The position numbers and the translations under genes were made by a program. A DNA stretch of 64,000 nucleotides from Lytechinus pictus (lineage: Eukaryota), in NCBI RefSeq assembly GCF_037042905.1, contig NC_087245.1, forward strand, positions 38,938,001 through 39,002,000, given 5' to 3'. The notes beneath the pieces were generated by a model. The model worked only from the letters and a program-made list of their open reading frames with translations, was not told the origin of the DNA and ran no database searches. Shown here piece after piece: positions 53,749 to 64,000 of the stretch (its first letter is position 1; each line of letters opens with the position of its first letter).

Positions 53749-55128
53749 TTAATGGGCATTTCATAAACTCTGCACTGCTTATCACGATAACTTTGAAAAA
53801 TTCAGGACGCAAAAGAGGAATTGAAGGAATAAACATCTCCCTTTGGACAGCTTATCAAAGAACTATAATCACGATCCCATAGTACAAGGTTACAGACAAC
53901 AGACACACGTATAACTCACTTTACTAATGACATTTTAAAACACAGTAAATCTGAACAAATAAAAAAATCTTTAAAGATCAATGGCAAGCCTCCTCTGCTT
54001 TGTTACTTTATTTTCTTTCTTAGCTTTAGTCTTATTGGTTTTAGTTAACTTGCTACCATTTAAATTAATTCCCTGATTTAATTACCGGTGCTGAATATTA
54101 TGTTTATTACTGTACTTTGTTTGATTGAAAATTCTGTTAATATTTTACTTAGTAATGTTTGTTTGTATTTTTCTATAAGGAAAATGAATTTATAAATAAA
54201 TAAATCCAATGCCACCGATGGATACAAACATGGCATACAGGTACATGTATTGCTGTGGCCCAAATCTTTTTTGTTTATAGAATAATAGCTGCATATTGTA
54301 TCAACTAATGAAACCATACTATAATAGAGTACGTGATAATATGTATTGTACATATATATACAAGTGATAAATTTAGTTAACCACAAACCGCAAAAACTTG
54401 ACAAACAAATACAAACCTACAAACTGGCAATGAACTGGCACAAAGCAAACATTAAAGATGGGCTACTGTCATCGCTTAAAGGGGAAGTTCACCCTGAATG
54501 AAAGTATGTTGTAAAATTATATAATAAAATATATTGGTGGAGGTTTGAGGAAAATCCATCGAAGATTAAGCAAGTTATTAGAATTTTAATTTTTTTGATT
54601 TGTGACATCATATGTATACGAGCAGCTGCCCCATATATTATGTAATATAAATGCATAAATTTCAATTTTGATTCATGAGGATTTATCCGTCTTTCAGGGG
54701 CCAGTGTGAAATAATTTTACTGTTGATAAGCTGAAGTTACAATAAATTTTTCATTTTTTGAGAAAATTACGTACATTTCACTGATATTTTTCTACTACAC
54801 GATGTAATGGTGAAGCTGCTCAGATATGACATCACAGATAAAAAAATTCAAATTCTCATAACTTTCTTAATGATCTTTGACAGATTTTTTCTTCAACTTT
54901 CAGTTTCACCAATATCTTGTATTGTTTTCCTGCTTTGTTTACGATAAACTTTTTGTCAGGGTGATGAGTTTAACCAACATACAGTTGGTTAAATATATGA
55001 TAATATGAGCTTGATAACTACTAGATAAAAATCAATCCACATTCATTTCATACAGTCAAATCTACTATAATGACCATCTGTATAGAAGGAGCATAGACCA
55101 CAAATCTCAAATGGAATAGGCCAACATG

Positions 55129-56159
55129 CAGGGTGCTACATAACTTTTTAGAATCGCTTGTCCGGTCGGGCAAGTAAATTTTTAAAGGGGAATCCAACAC
55201 AAGTAAAAACTTGTTTTTATAAGGAAATTAAAAATCAGACAAGTTGATAGGTGAAAGTTTTAACAATATTGGACAAACAACAAGAAAGTTATGAATTTTT
55301 TAAAGTTGTAAATATTGGTAATCACTATACTCATGGAGACTTCAAATTGGCCGCATATGGGATGTCATAGCGATGTAAGGCAAGGACTTCTCTTCCATGT
55401 ACTTCAATACATATTATGCCTAAAATGTCATTTTTCCCCAAAGTTTTATTTCAAATTATATTTTTCTTTCATGAGGACATTAAACAATATACTACCTGGG
55501 TTATATTTAGATTACTGCTTCAGGGGATTTGGGTACTTAGGAGAAAACCACAAATCCCTGATAATAAAGTACATGGCCTATGGGAAAGTTGTCCTTGCCC
55601 ATTGTCATAATTTACTTACCCAGTTGCCAATTTGAAATCTACATACTATTAGTGATCTCAATTTTAAAGCAGCTATAACTTTCTTATTGCTTGTCCGATT
55701 TCTTTCAAACTTTCACCATTCTGTTTAATTATTTTTCTCCTTCCCAACACAACGTTTTATGGCCAAGGCTGGATAGTTGGAATATACTTGCCCAAAAATC
55801 TATTTTACTTGCCCGAAAAAATCCTTGAAAAAAAAGTTTTACCTCTTCAAAAGAAAGTTTTGCGGTTTAATAAACCATTGACCTTTTTCTCTCTTTTGAC
55901 ATGAACTGATCTACCTTGTTATTGCATTTATTTTTTCAAAGTGATTTTATCTCACCTGTCACAACCAAAATTAGGGTCAATATCATATCATATCGACCCT
56001 AATTTTGGTCATTCTACTGTGAGAATTTTGCTTTCTACTGTGTGAATTTTGCTTGCCCAATTCGGGCAAGTAGTTTTGGTCTCTACTTCAAAACACTTGC
56101 CTGACTCTAACTTTTACTTGCCCTGGGCAATCGGGCAAGTGCTTATGTACAGCACCCTG
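55129..56159. mobile_element. TIR element with 7-bp TSD containing a nested Kolobok-like MITE (about 55182-55775)
   Basis: CAGGGTGCT / AGCACCCTG; CAACATG at 55122-55128 and 56160-56166; subterminal cttgccc..tcgggcaag palindromes. Confidence 0.75.
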
Positions 56160-56300
56160 CAACATGTATGTAAAGCTCCTGCCAATAAAAATCACCTGTT
56201 CCTAGAGACCATTTTAGTCGATTCCATTTAGCAGTCTTTGTAGACGGGTTTCCAAGTATTTTTGTCCATACAATTCTATTGAAATAAAACTGATCAAATA

Positions 56301-56525
56301 CAGTTGTGCTCAAAAGTTAGTTAACCCACCACAAAATGCACCCCTTCATGCTGAGTGTCGAATGTAGACAACATCACTACAATGTTCGGCGAGACCCAAG
56401 AAACAAAGTTTAATGAATATTTTATTACCTGACTTCACAATTAAATATCTAAACCATGGCAGAACTTGAACACTTTAAATATGTTAACTTTCTGGTGGGG
56501 GTTTACTAACTTTTGAGCACTACTC
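56301..56525. mobile_element. Tc1/mariner-like MITE
   Basis: TA-CAGTTGTGCTCAAAAGTTAG / CTAACTTTTGAGCACTACTC-TA. Confidence 0.75.
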
Positions 56526-58338
56526 TACATATGTGCAGTGTATTGGTTAAGAAAATATGCTAATATCAGATTTTGTCAATAAATTGATCAAGCAACATCC
56601 TGAATTAGAGAAAATTCTGTTTCCCTACTGGATAACTGATCATCATCCTACCATTGTTCAGCACAAAATGGTTGCGATTATCATCCCAGATATAAACAAA
56701 ATCATTTCCAGGCTACAAATTGACTTGAAAATAAAATGAAAACCAATAAAAAAAAAACAAGGCAGATTTAACAATCATCTTCATATTTTGACAAATGACA
56801 CGTTTCAGTTTCATTTCAAAGTACCAGGCCTGTATTAAAGACTGGTTACACCACATGCAAAACAAAAGCCAAACTGACAGGATAGGCTATTCAATAAAAG
56901 AAAGCAATATACATGTATGATCAATGTTCATCGGGCTTGGCTGATAAACACAGGCCTTTGTTTAAATGCTCAGAGAGATGTATAGGCTACATGTATGTTG
57001 TATACAGACTTTTCTCAAACAAGGACAAGGACATACAATATGATGCCTGTGTGTTGTTGTTGTTGTTAATGTTGCACCAACTGATGCAAAGATAATATGA
57101 TTTGAACAGGTGAACAAAAATCAGACGGAAACACTGAAAATTTCATTAAAATCAGACAAGGAAATAAGGAATAAAGAAGTTATGACATTATACATTAAAA
57201 TAAAGATTTGTATTATTTCAGTGAAACACTTCTCTTCATGAATATTCAATGAGCAAACTGATATTGCCATATCCCCACTTGTTCTTTTGTATTTTTATTA
57301 CATACAATTATGTCAAATTCAATTTCAAGTCCTTCAAGAACTAAAACAATTGATTTTACAACTGATTTAAAGCATTCAATATTTATTGCTGCAACTTGTG
57401 GAATATCTATACACAAATGTATGAAAACAATATGATATCATGTAGAAAAAGTGGGGATGTGACATCATCAGACCACCTAATGAATATAACTGTTTTCACA
57501 AACTATTGCCAAACTTGAAAATTCAATAACTTTGTTATTTGTTCTCAGATTTTGATGAGATTTTCGGCATTTAATTTGCTTGTTGAATTTTACTCTATTT
57601 ATTCAGATCATTTTCAACCCAGAATACCCGTTTAACAATGTCTGGCATTTTTGCAAGGGCAGAAATCTCTCCCCAAAGGTAGGGGGGGAACCAGGGGCTA
57701 ACAAAAAAGGTTTTACCAAAAATGTAAGGTCATTTCGACCAAAATAAATTTGACAACCAAGCAAAGAAAAAAAAAGGTTATCACCCCAAATGTAAAGTCA
57801 TGCATTTTGACCAAAAGAAATTTGACAAGCAAAAAAAAAAAGGGTTATCACACAAAAAGGTCATCTCGTCCAAAATACATGTTTTATTTTGATGTTGAAT
57901 GATGTATTTCTTTACATCATAAAAGACCAAAAATAGTAGGGGGGACATTTGATATTGTGTCCCCCTACTAAGTACTATTTTGGGTAGGGGGGGGGGCGTC
58001 CCCCCTGTGATTTCTGCCCATGTACATTTGTAATATTCATATCACATATTATCCTCGAAAAGTCATCAAATGTTAGGCCTATATACCTTTCATGAAACAA
58101 ACTAGTTTAGCAATGCCATGGGATCTATATAATCAATAACTCTCATCAACAGAACAAAGCTAGTATGGAACAGTGTATAGCATCCATTCACAAATCTCTT
58201 ACCATACCACTTACCAGACATAATACTATACATCACAAAAATGACATCAGAGCAATAGCTCTAAATAGATCCAGTAAGATGACACTATTGTATTAGGATA
58301 AATACAGACGAGGCCTACAAACAGTCAAAACTACTCAC

Positions 58339-58900
58339 TTCTAATTTTGAAAAGTTCTGGTACAGCCACGATCGACTACTTTGGCATCCATTTCTATTTT
58401 TTGCAACTTTATTCACTGAACAGGATTCATGTTTGATTGTCCTAAAAATAAAACTCTACCACTTCCGTTTAGCTAAAAAATTCGAGTAAAGGCACATTTC
58501 GTCAACCAACTAAATGCAATACGCACTCAATGTATTTATCATCGCTGTATCTGTATCTGCACACAGACACAGTGCAGTAGCACAATCAAATTACAGAACT
58601 TACTCATCGCAAGCTTCAATGCACATCAAAATTAGTTTCACAATACTTCGAACTCTTTTTCAATGGGACTTGCGTGGCGTTATTGTAGTCCACTAGCACT
58701 TCTCTCCGACGAAAAAACACACGCCCTATTGTAACCACTGTGATTATTTTACCATTTATGGTATCAAAAATCAACAATGTTTGAGCGTTCGAAGTTCTTT
58801 TCGTTTCGAAGTTGATCTTTGGACACATCGTGCTTTTGCGAGATAATTAGGCGTTCGTAGACTCCAACCAGGTTAATTACTAGATTAAGTGTGATCATAG
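58339..58900 (-). promoter_or_regulatory. Candidate promoter and non-coding first exon of the PDZ-PH-PH gene
   Basis: CpG-enriched unique DNA; ETS-like CGGAAGT at 58461-58467; donor AA|GTGAGT at 58338; short upstream ORF. Confidence 0.4.
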
Positions 58901-59398
58901 CAATGAATTCATGTTAATAAGATCAAACGAATACCTGTTGGTAAAGTCTAATTTTCTGCGGATGGGGAAATCCCCTTTCAGCTTGCATTTTAATTTGAAA
59001 ACACGGTCTTGCGATACCACCCAGGAGCAGGGTTGGGCTCAACTACAAGGTAATTGATCAATTACGTAATTGATTCCGAATTGATTACATTTTTTGGAGT
59101 AATTGTTCAAAGTCTTGAACGGAAAAGTAGTTGTAATTGAAAAAAATAATTGACTTCAATTAATCTCTGATGTGGTTTACGGTACACCATGTGAAGTGTT
59201 GTAGAAAACAGTGGATAGGAGAAGAGAAGAAATGGATAGGCGAGAAAGTGGAGGTTTGAGAGTAGAGTATTCTTTCTTGAAAGTAGTCCTGAAAAGTCTG
59301 TAAACCAGGAAAGATTGATGAGTTGAGAACAGCTTGAGTAGTAGAGCTAGTGAGGAGATGCTGGCTTGAGTCGGCGAGTAGAGATGATGAGTAGTAGA

Positions 59399-59445
59399 GA
59401 GACTCGACGTTTCGGGCAGGTTGACTGTCCGTCTTCAGGAGTCTC
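59399..59445 (-). ncRNA. Minimal type-I hammerhead ribozyme motif
   Basis: gagactc-CTGAAGA-c-ggacag tcaac ctgccc-GAAA-CG-TC-gagtctc; perfect 7-bp helix I; GUC site. Confidence 0.75.
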
Positions 59446-59446
59446 C

Positions 59447-59493
59447 TGAACTCGACGTTTCGGGCAGGTTGACTGTCCGTCTTCAGGAGTCTC
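59447..59493 (-). ncRNA. Minimal type-I hammerhead ribozyme motif (tandem copy)
   Basis: Same core, produced by an exact 48-nt tandem duplication; helix I about 5 bp. Confidence 0.7.
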
Positions 59494-59533
59494 CTGAAGA
59501 CGGACAGTCAACCTGCCCGAAACGTCGAGTCTC
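59487..59533 (+). ncRNA. Minimal type-I hammerhead ribozyme motif
   Basis: CTGAAGA 59494-59500, GAAA 59519-59522, GTC 59524-59526; helix I gagtctc/gagtctc with one U-U mismatch. Confidence 0.75.
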
Positions 59534-60494
59534 TCTACTACTCATCATCTCTACTCGCCGACTCAAGCCAGCATCTCCTCACTAGCTCTACTACTCAAGC
59601 TGTTCTCAACTCATCAATCTTTCCTGGTTTACAGTCCTTTTCAGGACTACTTTCAAGAAAGAATACTCTACTCTCAAACCTCCACTTTCTCGCCTATCCA
59701 TTTCTTCTCTTCTCCTATCCACTGTTTTCTACAACACTTCACATGGTGTACCGTAAACCACATCAGCGATTGTACATACCACCATGCAAACCTTCAAACA
59801 ACATCTTCAATTAATCTATTGTCAATTGCTTTTAATTACAATACTCACTTTACAATAAACTTATGATTTAATTCCATGACCTTTTTCATGTCAACTGCTT
59901 CAGCCTCAGAGAGAGAGTAAACAGGCAGAATCTATAACGTAATCCTTTATCTTTTCAGTTTCTCGATCTGTAACTCAAAATTATGTTGAAACAGGTGGTA
60001 ATATGTACAAAATAAAAAATAGTTTCAGTTGTGATTTTTCTAGAAAGTAAAGAAATTGTAATTGTAACTGACAAAAATAATTGGTAATTGCAATTGAAAA
60101 AAAATGTGATTCAATTGAAAAGTAATTGTAATTAAACATTTCTTCAATTATGTAATTGTAATTGAAGAAAGTAATTGAGAATTTGAGCCCAAGCTCCGGG
60201 AGAGCACTCGACACTATCATTATCATTATACATGATGGTTACATAACGTTAGTCCTTTTCGGTGAAACATCATTATAGTGCAGTGCTTCGAAAGATCCAA
60301 AACAAATTTCCTGAAACTGAATCTCAAATTTCCTGAAATTTATTTCATTTTCAAATTTTATTTTTAAACAAAATTCGGACAATAACAAATCAAGTCGAGA
60401 CTTGGTCCAAGTGACCAAAATCAAGGAATTTAACCTTTTTTTGTTGAATGCACTTTTTAAAAATAGCATCAAAAGATATTTCTTGAGCTACGTA

Positions 60495-60895
60495 CACTGT
60501 TAAAGAATACTAGTAATTTTACAAAGAAAAATCGTAAATTTACAGAATGTTTACCTTTTAAAAACAGATGACACAATTATTTTACAAACCAAACGTATTT
60601 ATGCAGTGATGTAACGTGGAATTACAAGTAAATGTAAAACAACGCAAAATAATTTGTAAAAATACCAACGAACTGTCGTGTTTTACGTTGCTTGCAGTGC
60701 ATCTATCGTATAAATAGTGTTCGCATAATTTGTAAATTAACGGCGATTTTCATGTTAAATTGTGTTTTTTTAACAGTTATCCATTTTTTGTTTTGTTTGC
60801 ATTTTCACAGCCTATCGTAATTTAACAGTTCATACTGTTGTGAGTAATGAATGCTGTTTTTTAAATTTCTTTTTACAGTTTTACTTTTAACAGTG
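60495..60895. mobile_element. EnSpm/CACTA-like MITE
   Basis: TA-CACTGTTAAA / TTTAACAGTG-TA. Confidence 0.7.
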
Positions 60896-61183
60896 TACTA
60901 GTATGAGGCAAAATATTCTTTAAACATAACACGAATTGATTGTAATATCCTGATTTCCTAGAATTTCCTGGATTCTTTCATTTTCCGAAAACTACCTGAA
61001 AATGATCCGGATGTCCCGAAATTCGGGAAATTTCCATCATAGTGGAATCATTGCATCATTTTAGTCAGGGTGGTGGGTGGGGTCTGGGATTGGGGGGGCA
61101 GATTGAATGGTGGTACAATATCTCTTAACTATTTGGCATAATTTTTCACCTCGATCGTCCCACATCCCCGGGCGCGCCCCCAA

Positions 61184-63998
61184 ACCCCCTCCCCATTCTA
61201 ATTAAAATATACCCAAGGTTCGTTAAACATTTATGAGAGTGTATGTCGTTCAAATTTTAATGTGTAGCTTTATCACTGTAAAAAAAATATTAAAAACGTC
61301 TGAAATAACAAAGAAATCACAATTATTTTACAAAATCAATAGAGTGAATAAAATTAATATCGGCATGAGGAGACATCAAGGGAGAGAAGAATACATAATA
61401 GAAATGTGGTATGTATCGGCATCTAACAAATACAAGGATTAGTAATGGTTAAATGCAATAAAAAATAAAATCATAGATTTTAAAATAAAACGGAGAACAG
61501 CTTTAAAAAATGAAAGAGAATGCGAAATTTATTTTTGTCACACAAATGACGCTGACAGATAGTGTGACTTTTCTTTTTAGATATTTGAAAATTAGAAGCT
61601 CTGATTAATATATACAAATAGTCACCATTAAGGCAATGGTTATCTTGACCAATCCTTTTTTTAGAGTGTACTCTGAAAAGAGAGAGTAAAAAATTGATAT
61701 CTAATGTGCTGGTGAATAGCCTGCATTGTCCAACCAACAAAAATTGTCAAAATCAACCAATTCATTGGTTAGAATCACATTTCCGTGCTTAGAATCTACC
61801 GGAACTTTGGTTGATATTTGATTTTATCGGTCGGACACAATACTCAACGGCAGAATGGTTACTTTGACCAGTCCTTTTTGAGGGTATATAGAAAGCAAAC
61901 ATTTTGATCATGTAACCCAACTAAGTTGATACAAAACCAATTTGTAAGCATTACCCCCTCCCCATTCTAATTAAAATATACCCAAGGTTCGTTAAACATT
62001 TATGAGAGTGTATAATGTCGTTCAAATTTTAATGTGTAGCTTTATCACTGTAAAAAAAATATTGCCTGGGTAAATTTTTTACCACCATAAGCATGAGGGT
62101 AATTATATATCCAACCAATTTTGGGCAATGTTTTACCCAATGCGGGAAGCATATTGTTCTGCAAGGTTAAACAAATAAGCAGCAATTACTTTAGAATGGG
62201 CCAAATTTTGAACACATTGGATAAATAGAAATGCCCAAAATGTCCAATGTTGTTTGGACACATAATCACCCTCATGAAGCACTTCTACACATGCACATAT
62301 ATATAACCGAAATATCAGCTCAGTGGGACTTGAAAAGTGGAAAAAAATTGTGCATGATGCACACAATTTCGAGTCATGATCTTTTATCATTGTCGCTTTC
62401 AATAGGGAGTTTTTGCAAGCACTACGCATGCAGACGCTTTCTGGAACGTTGAGAATCTATTGTCAAAGGCCCTACATGACAAAGCAGTCTTTGTCGAAAA
62501 TCGGTGAGTCAAAACAGCAAGTTTCGTCGTCCTGGGCTGTGGACAAACGACATAGCTGCAATTTTTTGTCGGCTCCGAATTTTAGGGCGATCTGCTGTCC
62601 CGGTGACCTTAGTTTTCGACAAAGACCTCTAAGCTGTTCATTGTAATTTGACGGACATTTTCAACCGATTTACTCCGTTGCAGAATCCGTCCCCCTTGCA
62701 ATTGCAAAAACTCGCTATTTTTCACCACAACCAAAGACGATGATCTAAAGCATTTTGTCGAGAGTTTCTTATAATTGCTCTTATCAATCCTCCCACTTCA
62801 GAGCGCCTTACAGGCAAATTAAATTTTGTGTGTGGTTTAATGAGACCGGTACTCATAACATTTTCAATTATGAAACGCAGTCGAGAGAGCAAAATGTAAT
62901 TGAATCGTATACAACTACCCCATGGTAGAATCACTCATATATATTTATAAAGGATTTGACCTTGTTTTTTTCTTACTATCAATATAAGTGCCGAAATAAA
63001 GAGTTTTGATTTGATGAGTTTTTCGGACAGATCCACTCCCGGCCTTAGGCGGAATTATACGTTGGAGCGTATAAGTACAAGTGAGAGTGCACTTATATAC
63101 AGTTTGCAAAAAAAAAAAAAAAATACCGGCCCCAAAAATGGTGAGGAAAGTGGAAAGCGAGGGAGGGGGAGGGAGAGAGAGAGAGTGGGGGGGGGGGGGG
63201 TAGGGGTAACAAAGGAGGGGAATTATAGAAAGAGGAAGAGGGAAGGGTGTATGATTCACATTCGACATGTTCAAATTCGTTCAAATAGAACATTCTCAAC
63301 TTTACAAAAATAAACGAAAATCAATTACAAAACGAAACATAATATAATTATGGAAGTCGAGGAATATGACAATATATGACAAGGAAGATCACTACATCCC
63401 ACAAAAAAGAATAACACGAACGCGTAGAGTTTATATTCATCAAGCACATTCTACTCAAACTAGAAATAGTGATTTAAAAAGTCTGAAATAACAAAGAAAT
63501 CACAATTATATTACAAAATTAATAGAGTGAATAAAATTAATACCGGCATGAGGAGACATCAAGGGAGAGAAGAATACATAGTAGAAATTTGGTCTGTTTC
63601 GGCATCTTACAAATACAAGGATTAGTAATGGTTAAATGCAATAAAAAATAAAATCATAGATTTTAAAAGAAAACGGAGAACAGCTTTAAAAAATGAAAGA
63701 GAATGCGAAATTTATTTTTGTCACACAATTGACGCTGACGGATAGTGTGACTTTTCTTTTTAGATATTTGAAAATCGGAAGCTCTGATTAATATAGTCAC
63801 CATTAAGGCAATGGTTATTTTGACCAATCCTTTTTTTTAGAGTGTATACTCTGAAAAGAGAGAGTCAAAAATTAATATCTAATGTGCTGGTGAATAGCCT
63901 GCATTGTCCAACCAACAAAAATGGTCAAAATCAAAATTCATTGATTAGAATCACATTTCCGTGCTTAGAATCTACCGGAACTTTGGTTGATATTTGAT
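61184..63998 (+). repeat. Local dispersed duplications
   Basis: 61298-61822 is repeated at 63481-63998 with scattered substitutions; 61184-61291 is repeated at about 61953-62063. Confidence 0.85.
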
Positions 63999-64000
63999 AA

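Larger units (their letters stand above)
59167..59804. mobile_element. ORF-less Penelope-like insertion: inverted terminal-repeat pair plus 38-nt tail
   Basis: Arms 59167-59441 and 59491-59766 are reverse complements; TSD CTTCAATTAATCT at 59154-59166 and 59805-59817; hammerhead motifs at the centre. Confidence 0.85.
59028..60197. mobile_element. MITE (GTAATT-repeat rich) interrupted by the palindromic insertion
   Basis: GGGTTGGGCTCAA / TTGAGCCCAAGC ends; subterminal gtaattg repeats on both sides. Confidence 0.65.

Noticed and set aside
59403..59498. CRISPR-like repeat
   Set aside because: Two abutting copies with no spacers, in eukaryotic context and with no cas genes.

Overview
AT-rich, intron- and repeat-rich animal genomic DNA. 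The repeat content suggests an invertebrate deuterostome, probably an echinoderm such as a sea urchin (inference). There are two spliced genes, both on the minus strand. (1) The first coding exon of a RIM/unc-10-type presynaptic Rab3 effector (4930-5135), whose remainder lies left of the window. (2) A large adaptor gene with ten phase-consistent coding exons (33730 to 21960, about 1426 aa). It encodes a long Pro-rich/acidic region, one PDZ and two PH domains (PDZPH1-like architecture), with candidate 5' exons near 52.1 and 58.4 kb. The rest is non-autonomous DNA transposons (Kolobok-, Harbinger-, hAT/P-, Tc1- and EnSpm-like MITEs), tRNA-SINEs, L2/CR1 3' ends, microsatellites and a 1.5-kb tandem duplication. 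The most notable feature is a 638-bp ORF-less insertion at 59167-59804 with a 13-bp target-site duplication. It is a near-perfect 275-bp-arm palindrome carrying three minimal type-I hammerhead ribozyme motifs at its centre: a tandem pair on the minus strand and one on the plus strand. Related Penelope-like relics occur at 22.5 and 26.4-26.7 kb, and a second hammerhead-like family at 20.7 kb. The long poly-T/S/V/L/Y ORFs in the track are microsatellite artefacts.
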